Source: a virus
Taxonomy: Duplodnaviria; Heunggongvirae; Uroviricota; Caudoviricetes
IMG/VR virus record: IMGVR_UViG_2534682157_000015
Strand: one strand, 5' to 3'
DNA: 38,068 nt
The position numbers and the translations under genes are program-made. The notes beneath the pieces were generated by a model. It was given only the letters and a program-made list of their open reading frames with translations, searched no databases and was not told the origin of the DNA. The first letter of the stretch is position 1. Each line of letters begins with the position of its first letter. This document shows positions 19,190-27,621 of this stretch, one piece after another.

Positions 19190-19685
19190 ACGCTGCCTTG
19201 TCGGGGCCGTGCTGGCTATTGCTGCCACGCTGCCGGGTTTTCAGCAGCTTCACACCTCCGTGGAAGGGCTGAAACTGATTGCCGATTACGAAGGTTGTCG
19301 TCTGCAGCCGTATCAGTGCAGCGCGGGTGTCTGGACCGACGGCATTGGTAATACATCGGGCGTCATCCCGGGCAAAACCATTACGGAACGACAGGCAGCG
19401 GAAGGGCTGATCTCCAACATGCTGCGTGTGGAGCGGGCGCTGGAAAGGTGTGTGAAGCAACAGCCGCCGCAGAAGGTGTATGACGCGGTGGTGTCGTTTG
19501 CCTTCAACGTGGGAACGGGCAATGCCTGCAGTTCCACGCTGGTGAAATTGCTCAATCAGCGGCGCTGGGCGGATGCGTGCCGACAGTTGCCGCGCTGGGT
19601 TTATGTGAAAGGTGTTTTTAATCAGGGGCTGGATAACCGCCGTGCGCGGGAGATGGCCTGGTGCCTTAAAGGAGCTGGACTATGA
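19170..19685 (+). CDS. K: Endolysin (lysozyme-type, possible signal-anchor-release form), 171 aa
   Basis: Hydrophobic N-terminus then LIADYEGCRLQPYQCSAGVWTDGIGNT lysozyme-like segment. Confidence 0.85.
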   Translation: MNPSIVKRCLVGAVLAIAATLPGFQQLHTSVEGLKLIADYEGCRLQPYQCSAGVWTDGIGNTSGVIPGKTITERQAAEGLISNMLRVERALERCVKQQPPQKVYDAVVSFAFNVGTGNACSSTLVKLLNQRRWADACRQLPRWVYVKGVFNQGLDNRRAREMAWCLKGAGL

Positions 19686-20110
19686 CGCGTGCGCTGGCAG
19701 TAGTGGTGGCGCTGGCACTCGTTGCGCTGGGCTGGCAGTCGTGGCGGCTTAACAGCGCCAGCCACACCATCGAAACGCAGCACGCGGCGCTGAAAAGTAA
19801 AGCGCAGGAACTGACGAAGAAAAACAGCCAGCTTATCAGCCTGTCCATTCTGACTGAAACCAATAACCGGGAGCAGGCGCGGCTCTATGCCGAAGCAGAA
19901 CAGACCAGCGCACTGCTGAGACAACGACAACACCGGATCGAGGAACTGAAACGTGAGAACGAGGATTTACGCCGCTGGGCTGATACTCCTTTGCCTGCTG
20001 ACATTATCCGGCTGCGGGAACGTCCGGCACTCACCGGAGGTACAGCTTACCGTCAGTGGTTGTCCGCGAGTGACGCCGTGTCGGCTGGATCAGGCAACGC
20101 CGCGCACTAA
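19682..20110 (+). CDS. lysB: LysB / Rz-like inner-membrane spanin, 142 aa
   Basis: N-terminal TM segment then Q/E/R-rich coiled-coil-like region; follows endolysin. Confidence 0.65.
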   Translation: MTRALAVVVALALVALGWQSWRLNSASHTIETQHAALKSKAQELTKKNSQLISLSILTETNNREQARLYAEAEQTSALLRQRQHRIEELKRENEDLRRWADTPLPADIIRLRERPALTGGTAYRQWLSASDAVSAGSGNAAH

Positions 20111-20243
20111 CGGTGATCTGAACGCGTTGCTGGATGAAACGGAGGCCGCCTGGGCGGTCTGTGCAGACAAAGTGGACATGATTATTGCGTGTCAGGAGCG
20201 AAACAGTGAACAAACCACAATCCCTGCGCCACGTCCTCAATAA
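19953..20243 (+). CDS. lysC: LysC / Rz1-like outer-membrane lipoprotein spanin, +1 frame overlapping lysB 3' end, 96 aa
   Basis: Lipobox LTLSGC; embedded/overlapping frame typical of spanin pairs. Confidence 0.6.
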   Translation: MRTRIYAAGLILLCLLTLSGCGNVRHSPEVQLTVSGCPRVTPCRLDQATPRTNGDLNALLDETEAAWAVCADKVDMIIACQERNSEQTTIPAPRPQ

Positions 20244-20637
20244 AGCGGTGCCTTATGTCCGCAATAACCCGGACAAACTGCATCTGTTTGTGGATAACGG
20301 TTCGCTGGTTGCCACGGGGGCCAGTTCCATGTCGTGGGAGTACCGTTACACCCTGAACGCGGTGATTGAGAATTTCAGCGGCGACCAGAATCTGCTGATG
20401 GCCCCGGTTTTGCTGTGGTTGCGGGATAACCAGCCCGATGCCATCAATAACCCGGCGTTACGGGAAAAACTATTTACCTTTGAGGTGGATATTCTGCGCA
20501 ACGATGTCTGTGATATCAGCCTTAACCTGCAACTGACGGAACGTGTGCTGGTCAGCACTGACGGCAGTGTGTCGAGCGTTGAAGCTGTAGCAGAACCCGA
20601 TGAACCTGAAGAAATGTGGACGGTGAAACGTGGCTGA
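20206..20637 (+). CDS. R: Tail completion protein (P2 gpR-like), about 143 aa
   Basis: GTG at 20206 in frame with track ORF (TTG 20185); position before S. Confidence 0.7.
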   Translation: MNKPQSLRHVLNKAVPYVRNNPDKLHLFVDNGSLVATGASSMSWEYRYTLNAVIENFSGDQNLLMAPVLLWLRDNQPDAINNPALREKLFTFEVDILRNDVCDISLNLQLTERVLVSTDGSVSSVEAVAEPDEPEEMWTVKRG

Positions 20638-21076
20638 ACTGCAGAAGGTGGACGACTGGCTTAGTGCCTTACTGGCGAATCTGGAACCAGTCGCAAGAAG
20701 CCGCATGATGCGCCAGCTGGCGCAGGAACTGCGCCGGACACAGCAGCAGAATATCAGGATGCAGCGCAATCCAGATGGCAGCAGTTATGAACCGCGCAAG
20801 GTTACGGCGCGCAGTAAAAAAGGCCGCATCAAACGTCAGATGTTTGCAAAGCTGCGCACCACCAAATACCTGAAAACCGCCGCCAGCGCCGACTCTGCCA
20901 GCGTACAGTTTGAAAGTAAGGTGCAGCGCATTGCCCGCGTTCACCATTATGGCCTGCGCGATCGCGTCAGCCGCAAAGGACCGGAAGTGCGTTACGCAGA
21001 GCGTCGTTTGTTGGGTCTTAATGGTGAGTCTTACGTTCTAACTCTTGATATATTGAATAGATTCCTTCTGTCTTGA
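20630..21076 (+). CDS. S: Tail completion protein (P2 gpS-like), 148 aa; last codons run into AT-rich inserted DNA
   Basis: GTG start overlapping R stop; composition changes abruptly near 21030. Confidence 0.75.
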   Translation: MAELQKVDDWLSALLANLEPVARSRMMRQLAQELRRTQQQNIRMQRNPDGSSYEPRKVTARSKKGRIKRQMFAKLRTTKYLKTAASADSASVQFESKVQRIARVHHYGLRDRVSRKGPEVRYAERRLLGLNGESYVLTLDILNRFLLS

Positions 21077-21434
21077 ATTCACCATATGCCCAATGAATTG
21101 CATTTTTTTGTTCAGTCAGAATATATTTCCTAACTTTTTTAGAATAGTGAATGGTCAGTATAAAACCCAAAGAAATCCATAATAGAATAAATATGGTTGT
21201 TGGGGCAAAGGAATAGATAAAGAATTTGTCTTTAACGAAATTCTTGACTTCTTCATCAATGTAAGCATTCCCTTCATCAGTGGTTAGTAGTTTACAAAGA
21301 ATTTCTTTATGCTCGATAGTTAATGATTTGTACTTCTCTGTACTGGCAGAGGATGACTCTTCGCAATCATCCTTTGATATTTCCCAATCAGGAGTGGTTA
21401 ATATTGTAGCTGCAGTCGCCAGTTTTTTTGACAT
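21018..21434 (-). CDS. Hypothetical protein with one predicted transmembrane helix (138 aa from ATG 21434; track ORF extends to TTG 21536)
   Basis: AT-rich ORF between S and V; hydrophobic segment FFIYSFAPTTIFILLWISLGFILTI. Confidence 0.45.
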   Translation of the reverse strand: MSKKLATAATILTTPDWEISKDDCEESSSASTEKYKSLTIEHKEILCKLLTTDEGNAYIDEEVKNFVKDKFFIYSFAPTTIFILLWISLGFILTIHYSKKVRKYILTEQKNAIHWAYGEFKTEGIYSIYQELERKTHH

Positions 21435-21598
21435 ATAAAATGATTCACCGGATTTTATCCAATAAAGCAATGTGCTATTTGGTGGGGTTCTAATGGCTTG
21501 GATGAAAACTGGACCAAAAATATAAATTGCACACAAAAAAAGAAGTGAAAAGAGAACCGTGATTGATTTTTCAGCCCATGTGATAGTAGGCAGCCTTT

Positions 21599-21823
21599 TT
21601 AATGATATTCGTATAAGAAAAAATTTAATATAAACGCAGGTATTCCTGATTTTTTCAAAATTACATCATGAGATTTTCTATATTTGAATAGTGCTCTTAT
21701 AACTATCGTCACCAAAGTTATAACAGCTCCAATAATGGAAATCCATGCGGCAAGTGCCGCTGCCGGGGTGTTTAAAAATTCAGCATTAAATATATTAGAA
21801 CTTATTGGATTCATAACACTCAT
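21599..21823 (-). CDS. Small hypothetical membrane protein, 74 aa
   Basis: GGTGG SD 5 nt before ATG; hydrophobic segment AALAAWISIIGAVITLVTIVI; AT-rich. Confidence 0.45.
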   Translation of the reverse strand: MSVMNPISSNIFNAEFLNTPAAALAAWISIIGAVITLVTIVIRALFKYRKSHDVILKKSGIPAFILNFFLYEYH

Positions 21824-21862
21824 TTATCCACCTATTGGTTGTTTTTTATCCTTTTATCAATT

Positions 21863-21880
21863 TGTACCATCGATACCACA
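21863..21880 (+). promoter_or_regulatory. Late-promoter activator dyad TGT-N12-ACA upstream of V, with TATAAA -10-like element downstream
   Basis: TGTaccatcgataccACA about 47 nt upstream of V ATG. Confidence 0.5.
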
Positions 21881-21926
21881 ATTTGCAAGAAGTTATAAAC
21901 AAGTTTTCAGCTGTCATCATATATCT

Positions 21927-22505
21927 ATGAACGCACAACTAACCGAAATCATGCGCCTTATCACCAATCTGATCCGCATAGGTGTAGTCACCGAAGTGGA
22001 CCGGGAAAACTGGCTTTGTCGGGTGAAAACGGGCGACCTTGAAACCAACTGGATTAACTGGCTGACGCTGCGCGCGGGTAATGCCCGCACATGGTGGCGA
22101 CCATCGGAAGGTGAGCAGGTGGTACTGCTGAGTCTGGGCGGCAATCTGGAAACAGCCTTTGCTTTGCCCGCCATCTATTCTAATCAGTTTGCACCGCCGT
22201 CGCAGTCGGTGGACGCCTGTGTGACAGAACATCCTGATGGTGGCTGGTTTGAATACGAACCCACTACCGGGCGCTGGTATGTCAGGGGCATCAAATCCAT
22301 GGTCATTGAGGCTGCCGACAACATCACCCTGAAAACCAGTGAGTTTGTGCTGGAGGCTGACCGCACGCGTATTAACAGCGAAGTAGTGATCAATGGTGGC
22401 GTTACCCAGGGCGGCGGTGCAATGAGTTCTAACGGAATTGTGGTTGATGCACATCAGCATACTGGCGTCCTGAAAGGCGGCGACACAACCGGAGGCCCGG
22501 TATGA
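21927..22505 (+). CDS. V: Baseplate spike protein (P2 gpV-like), 192 aa
   Basis: ATG at 21927 in frame with track ORF 21684-22505; position and size as P2 V. Confidence 0.85.
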   Translation: MNAQLTEIMRLITNLIRIGVVTEVDRENWLCRVKTGDLETNWINWLTLRAGNARTWWRPSEGEQVVLLSLGGNLETAFALPAIYSNQFAPPSQSVDACVTEHPDGGWFEYEPTTGRWYVRGIKSMVIEAADNITLKTSEFVLEADRTRINSEVVINGGVTQGGGAMSSNGIVVDAHQHTGVLKGGDTTGGPV

Positions 22506-22861
22506 CGCTTTATAGCGGGATGAACAATACCAGCGGCAAAGTCATTACTGATATTGACCATCTGCGCCAGTCGGTGCGGGACATTCTGCTGACGCCGCAG
22601 GGTAGCCGCATTGCCCGTCGGGAATATGGTTCCCTGCTGTCGGCACTGATAGATCAGCCACAAAATCCGGCGTTACGCCTGCAGGTCATGTCGGCAGTGT
22701 ATGTGGCGCTGAGTCGCTGGGAGCCACGGCTGACGCTGGATTCCATCACCATCAACAGCCATTTTGACGGTTCAATGGTGGTGGAGCTGAGCGGGCGGCG
22801 TAATAACGGTGTGCCTGTTTCCCTTTCCGTATCAACAGGAGCAGAGAATGGCAGTGATTGA
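22502..22861 (+). CDS. W: Baseplate wedge protein (P2 gpW-like), 119 aa
   Basis: Size and position as P2 W. Confidence 0.85.
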   Translation: MTLYSGMNNTSGKVITDIDHLRQSVRDILLTPQGSRIARREYGSLLSALIDQPQNPALRLQVMSAVYVALSRWEPRLTLDSITINSHFDGSMVVELSGRRNNGVPVSLSVSTGAENGSD

Positions 22862-23756
22862 CCTTTCGCAGTTGCCTGCGCCGCAGATTGTGGATGTGCC
22901 GGACTTTGAGACGCTGCTTGCCGAACGCAAGGCCGAATTTGTGGCGCTTCATCCGAAAGATGAGCAGGAAGCAGTGATCCGCACGCTGGAACTGGAATCT
23001 GAACCCGTTACCAAATTGTTGCAGGAGAACGCTTATCGTGAGTTGCTTCTGCGCCAGCGCATTAACGAAGCCGCGCAGGCGGTGATGGTGGCTTACGCGA
23101 TGGGCGGCGATCTTGACCAGCTCGCTGCTAACTACAACGTGAAACGCCTGACGGTGACACCTGCTGATGATGACGCTGTACCGCCCGTTGCGGCTGTGAT
23201 GGAAAGTGATGAAGCGTTACGCCTGCGTGTGCCTGCAGCCTTTGAAGGGCTTTCTGTTGCGGGGCCAACTGCCGCTTATGAGTTTCATGCACGAAGCGCC
23301 GACGGTCGGGTGGCGGATGCCAGTGCAACCAGTCCGGCACCTGCAGAGGTGGTACTGACTGTCCTTAGCCGCGAAGGCGACGGAACAGCAGAAAAAGACT
23401 TGCTGGATGTGGTGGAGAACGCCCTGAACAGTGAGAACGTCCGCCCGGTGGCTGACCGTCTGACGGTTCGCAGCGCAGAAATCATCCCGTACCGCGTGGA
23501 AGCCACCATTTTTCTTTATCCGGGACCGGAAGCAGAGCCGGTAATGGCAGCGGCAAAAGCCAGCCTGCAGAAGTACATCGCCAGTCAGACGCGGCTTGGT
23601 CGGGATATTCGCCGTAGTGCCATTTTTGCCGCGCTGCATGTTGAGGGGGTTCAACGTGTGGAGCTGACTTCACCGCTGGCTGATGTGGTCCTGAACAAAA
23701 CACAGGCCGCCTCATGTACGCAGTGGAGCGTAACCAACGGAGGAACGGATGAATAG
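22848..23756 (+). CDS. J: Baseplate protein (P2 gpJ-like), 302 aa
   Basis: ATG at 22848 with AGGAG SD; size as P2 J. Confidence 0.9.
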   Translation: MAVIDLSQLPAPQIVDVPDFETLLAERKAEFVALHPKDEQEAVIRTLELESEPVTKLLQENAYRELLLRQRINEAAQAVMVAYAMGGDLDQLAANYNVKRLTVTPADDDAVPPVAAVMESDEALRLRVPAAFEGLSVAGPTAAYEFHARSADGRVADASATSPAPAEVVLTVLSREGDGTAEKDLLDVVENALNSENVRPVADRLTVRSAEIIPYRVEATIFLYPGPEAEPVMAAAKASLQKYIASQTRLGRDIRRSAIFAALHVEGVQRVELTSPLADVVLNKTQAASCTQWSVTNGGTDE

Positions 23757-24354
23757 TCTGCTGCCACCAGGTTCAACGCTACTGGAGCGCCGACTGGCGC
23801 AGACCTGTAGCGGGATTTCTGATCTGCAGGTGCCGCTGCGTGACTTGTGGAATCCGGCAACCTGTCCGGTCAGTTTCCTGCCTTATCTCGCTTGGGCGTT
23901 CTCTGTGGATCGCTGGGACGAGGGCTGGACTGAAAGCGTCAAACGTCAGGTGGTGAAGGATGCTTTTTATATTCATCAGAATAAAGGAACCACCAGTGCC
24001 GTGCGGCGGGTGGTGGAACCGTTCGGATTCCTGATCCGCATTATTGAGTGGTGGCAGACCGGCGAAACACCGGGCACGTTTCGCCTGGATATCGGCGTGC
24101 AGGATCAGGGCATCACTGAAGATACCTATCTGGAACTTGAGCGACTGATAAGCGATGCCAAACCATGTAGCCGTCACATGATCGGCATGTCCATCAATCT
24201 GCAGACCAGCGGCCCGCATTGGGTGGGAGCCGCCAGCTATCTTGGCGAAGAAATCACGATCTATCCGTATATCAACGAAACAATTATTTCCGGCGGCACC
24301 GCGCATGAAGGCGGGGCGGTCCATGTTATTGACACAATGAGAGTGAATCCATGA
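23749..24354 (+). CDS. I: Baseplate protein (P2 gpI-like), 201 aa
   Basis: Overlaps J stop and H start; position as P2 I. Confidence 0.85.
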   Translation: MNSLLPPGSTLLERRLAQTCSGISDLQVPLRDLWNPATCPVSFLPYLAWAFSVDRWDEGWTESVKRQVVKDAFYIHQNKGTTSAVRRVVEPFGFLIRIIEWWQTGETPGTFRLDIGVQDQGITEDTYLELERLISDAKPCSRHMIGMSINLQTSGPHWVGAASYLGEEITIYPYINETIISGGTAHEGGAVHVIDTMRVNP

Positions 24355-25733
24355 GCACAAAATTTTATACCCTGCTGACGGATATTGGCGCGGCGAAACT
24401 TGCCAGCGCCGCCGCGCTCGGTGTGCCTTTAAAAATTACCCATATGGCGGTCGGCGATGGCGGCGGAACATTACCAACGCCGGACGCAAAGCAGACAGCA
24501 CTGGTAAATGAGAAACGCCGGGCTGCGCTGAATATGCTCTATATCGACCCGCAGAACAGCAGCCAGATTATTGCTGAACAGGTGATCCCTGAAAACGAGG
24601 GCGGTTGGTGGATACGTGAAGTGGGCTTGTTTGATGAGTCCGGGGCATTGATTGCCGTGGGTAACTGCCCGGAAAGCTATAAGCCGCAACTGGCTGAAGG
24701 CAGTGGGCGTACCCAGACCGTGCGCATGGTGCTGATTACCAGCAGTACGGGCAATATCATCCTGAAAATCGACCCTGCTGTAGTGCTGGCAACCCGCAAG
24801 TATGTGGATGACAAGGCACTGGAGCTGAAGGTGTACGTGGATGACCTGATAGCAAAACATCTTGCCGCACTGGACCTGCATTCACAGTATGCACCCAAAG
24901 AAAGTCCGACATTTACCGGAACCCCCAAAGCGCCAACGCCAGCGGCGGGGAATAATACCACTCAGCTTGCGACCACCGCATTTGTTCAGGCGGCACTGAC
25001 GGCCCTGATTAATGGTGCGCCAGCCACGCTGAAAGAAATAGCCGCAGCCATTAACAATGACCCGAAATTCAGTACCACCATTAACAATGCGCTGGCACTG
25101 AAAGCGCCGCTGTCGAGTCCGGCACTCACCGGAACGCCAACAGCCCCCACGGCGGCGCAGTCGGTCAACAATACACAGATTGCCACTACGGCTTTTGTGA
25201 AATCGGCGATTGCGGCAATGGTGGGTTCTGCACCTGCGGCACTGGATACACTGAACGAACTGGCGGCGGCACTGGGGAATGATCCGAACTTTGCCACGAC
25301 AATGCTTAATGCGCTGGCAGGTAAACAACCGCTGGACAATACGCTGACTAATTTGAGTGGAAAGGATGTAGCTGGTCTTCTCACATACCTTGGTTTGGGA
25401 GAAGCCAGATATGTCATTCAGCGAGGAGCTAATGTCAATGGTGCATGGATACGCTGGTCAGATGGTGCAATAGAAGTATTTGGAACTGGTGGTTCCAATG
25501 ATAATGGGCTGGCTAAAGTCGTTTATCCAATTGCACTACCTAAGCTTTCACGTTTTATCAGCATAGCGGAAAGAATAAGAACAGATTACGAGGCCACACC
25601 TAATAACGTTCACGTTTCAATGATCGTGGATGACCAGGTCAGTAATACAGGTTTTTATGTCCGCTGCCAGATGTACGACGGAAGACCATCAACAAGTGCT
25701 TTTTCCTGGAGAGTTTATTGTGCGCCTGTTTAA
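24351..25733 (+). CDS. H: Tail fibre protein (P2 gpH-like) in its current orientation; C-terminal part lies inside the invertible segment
   Basis: Ala/Thr-rich repeated segments (TQLATTAFV, TQIATTAFV); recombination site inside the gene at 25378-25403. Confidence 0.85.
   Translation: MSTKFYTLLTDIGAAKLASAAALGVPLKITHMAVGDGGGTLPTPDAKQTALVNEKRRAALNMLYIDPQNSSQIIAEQVIPENEGGWWIREVGLFDESGALIAVGNCPESYKPQLAEGSGRTQTVRMVLITSSTGNIILKIDPAVVLATRKYVDDKALELKVYVDDLIAKHLAALDLHSQYAPKESPTFTGTPKAPTPAAGNNTTQLATTAFVQAALTALINGAPATLKEIAAAINNDPKFSTTINNALALKAPLSSPALTGTPTAPTAAQSVNNTQIATTAFVKSAIAAMVGSAPAALDTLNELAAALGNDPNFATTMLNALAGKQPLDNTLTNLSGKDVAGLLTYLGLGEARYVIQRGANVNGAWIRWSDGAIEVFGTGGSNDNGLAKVVYPIALPKLSRFISIAERIRTDYEATPNNVHVSMIVDDQVSNTGFYVRCQMYDGRPSTSAFSWRVYCAPV
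25378..25403. repeat. Left inversion crossover site (hix/gix/cix-like, 26 bp), inside tail-fibre gene
   Basis: Reverse complement TTCTCCCAAACCAAGGTATGTGAGAA matches right site in 22 of 26 positions. Confidence 0.6.
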
Positions 25734-25917
25734 TCCTGTTACTTTGACTGAAGTAATCCCCGGTCTTCATGACGTGACCGGGGCTGTGGAATTACCAGAA
25801 GATAACTGGTTTTTTACTGCATCTGAAATCCCTGAAGGAATGGAAATATCTGTTAACGAGAAGGGCGAACCCATTCTGATTGAGATTAAACCATCTCAGG
25901 TGGAACTGGCCAGATAA
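25729..25917 (+). CDS. Putative tail-fibre assembly chaperone (active-orientation cassette), about 63 aa
   Basis: GTG overlapping H stop; position immediately after fibre gene; short, assignment by position only. Confidence 0.35.
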   Translation, partial: FNPVTLTEVIPGLHDVTGAVELPEDNWFFTASEIPEGMEISVNEKGEPILIEIKPSQVELAR

Positions 25918-26152
25918 CCCCCGGCGCGGTGCTGGTATCTGCTTCCATCACCGCGTCGATATTACCAACATCATATTCAGTCATTTCCGGTTCCGGTGGT
26001 GCTATAAACTCTCCGTCAGAATAGAACCAACCGACGCCTGCATCTATATGATCAACATTTATAATTTCGCAATTAGAGAATAAATCACCATCTCCATCCC
26101 AGATAATAATATTTTTCACCACGCCATGTTCAATCAGAGCAAAATTACTCAT
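25886..26152 (-). CDS. Putative tail-fibre assembly chaperone of the alternative (inverted) cassette, 88 aa
   Basis: Start overlaps stop of alternative fibre C-terminal ORF; assignment by position only. Confidence 0.35.
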   Translation of the reverse strand: MSNFALIEHGVVKNIIIWDGDGDLFSNCEIINVDHIDAGVGWFYSDGEFIAPPEPEMTEYDVGNIDAVMEADTSTAPGVIWPVPPEMV

Positions 26153-26885
26153 CAGGCATACTCCTCAACAATAACTATTCCCGGGGCACCGTCACCTCCC
26201 GATTGAGCCTCACTTCCAGCAGGTGCGCAGGCTCCGCCTCCGCCAGCACCAAAGCCCTCAGCTTTACCACCACCACGTCCTCTGAATGATGAAGAACTTG
26301 CACCACCTATACCGCCTGAACCTAATGGTGTATCCCCCCCGGTACCACCTGCTACAGCTTTAACAGAGATAACCATTGCTCCTGGTGTTTTTGCACTACA
26401 GCGAAATGCTCTTAGTACAGTGCCGGACGATGTCGGACTGGCACCCCATGAAATACCCTGAATATATGATGTGTTTGCAGATGCTCCCCCCGCGCCACCG
26501 CCTGTACCACCAGGTGCAGTTATCATGGAACCGAAATAAGTTGTGCCACCTTCACTACCTGAATTTCTTCCGGCTCCCCCCCTTTACCTGCAGCACCGAT
26601 AATAACGTTGACTTCGAAATCATTATCAACCTCGAAAAATGCTTCAATAAATGCGCCGCTCAATCCAGCTCCGGCTGTTGCCTGCTGATTTTCTGTTGTT
26701 TCAGGAACCCCACCGCCGCCGCCGCCACCACCAGAGGCAATGACCCTTATCTTTTTTGTCCCTGGTGTTGGGATATATTTTCCAGAACTTTTAAAAATAT
26801 TCGTGTTTAACAAACGACCAGAGAATCTGGCTTCTCCCAAACCAACGTTTATGAAAATGCAGAGATAACGGCTAACTGGCATCAT
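26152..26885 (-). pseudogene. Alternative tail-fibre C-terminal cassette (promoterless, fused to H constant part after inversion), split by a 1-nt frameshift at a G7 run (26576-26582 on plus strand)
   Basis: Begins GLGEARF mirroring GLGEARY at the H crossover; Gly-rich fibre-like sequence; ORFs 26523-26885 and 26152-26526 join if the run is read as G8. Confidence 0.6.
26832..26857. repeat. Right inversion crossover site (hix/gix/cix-like) TTCTCCCAAACCAACGTTTATGAAAA
   Basis: Inverted copy of the left site; lies just upstream of the invertase gene. Confidence 0.6.
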
Positions 26886-26912
26886 CCCCGGTTTTTATTC
26901 AGGGGATTGATC

Positions 26913-27479
26913 ATGCTTATTGGCTATGTACGCGTGTCAACAAATGACCAGAACACCGATTTGCAACGTAATGCACTGAACTGCGCGGGATGTGAGCGGA
27001 TTTTTGAGGACAAAATCAGTGGCACTAAGTCCAACAGACCGGGGCTGAAAAAACTGCTCAGGACACTATCGGCAGGAGACACGCTGGTTGTCTGGAAGCT
27101 GGACAGGTTGGGGCGCAGTATGCGGCATCTTGTTACGTTGATAGAAGAGTTGCGCCAGCGAGGTGTGAATTTCCGAAGCCTGACTGACAGTATTGATACC
27201 AGTACCCCAATGGGCCGTTTCTTTTTTCATGTCATGGGTGCCCTGGCTGAAATGGAACGCGAACTGATAGTTGAACGTACCAGGGCGGGGCTTGCTGCAG
27301 CTCGCGCCAAAGGCAGAGTAGGTGGACGCCGTCCTAAGTTGACTACCGAACAGTGGGCACAGATTGGACGCTTACTCGAGGCCGGAGAATCAAGACAGCG
27401 TATTGCACTGATTTTTGATGTGGGTGTTTCCACAATTTATAGAAAATTTCCGGCAAATAAGAGTAATGAATCCCCCTGA
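26913..27479 (+). CDS. Serine DNA invertase (Hin/Gin/Cin/Pin family), 188 aa
   Basis: N-terminus MLIGYVRVSTNDQNTDLQRNAL and GDTLVVWKLDRLGRS closely resemble Gin/Hin as recalled; ATG at 26913. Confidence 0.9.
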   Translation: MLIGYVRVSTNDQNTDLQRNALNCAGCERIFEDKISGTKSNRPGLKKLLRTLSAGDTLVVWKLDRLGRSMRHLVTLIEELRQRGVNFRSLTDSIDTSTPMGRFFFHVMGALAEMERELIVERTRAGLAAARAKGRVGGRRPKLTTEQWAQIGRLLEAGESRQRIALIFDVGVSTIYRKFPANKSNESP

Positions 27480-27527
27480 ATCAGCATTATTTTGATTATC
27501 CCTGAAAGCAGACAAATACCGTCATTT

Positions 27528-27545
27528 TGTGTGAATAACGGTACA
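27528..27545 (+). promoter_or_regulatory. Late-promoter activator dyad TGT-N12-ACA upstream of FI
   Basis: TGTgtgaataacggtACA about 77 nt upstream of FI ATG. Confidence 0.5.
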
Positions 27546-27621
27546 ACTGCGCTTAGCTGTTTGTCAGGCACAATCACTTCAACATAGGGCGAAGCCTAAT
27601 CCAATCAGGAGGTTCGCCACT

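Noticed and set aside
25630-25728. N-terminal extension of the ORF-track entry 25630-25917
   Set aside because: Overlaps the tail-fibre C-terminus in another frame and has no ATG; the gene more likely starts at GTG 25729, coupled to the H stop.
26690-26750. Poly-glycine-encoding run (complement of GGGGGGGG-type repeats) that might suggest a simple repeat or CRISPR-like element
   Set aside because: It is the Gly-rich part of the alternative tail-fibre cassette; no spacer-repeat periodicity anywhere in the window.
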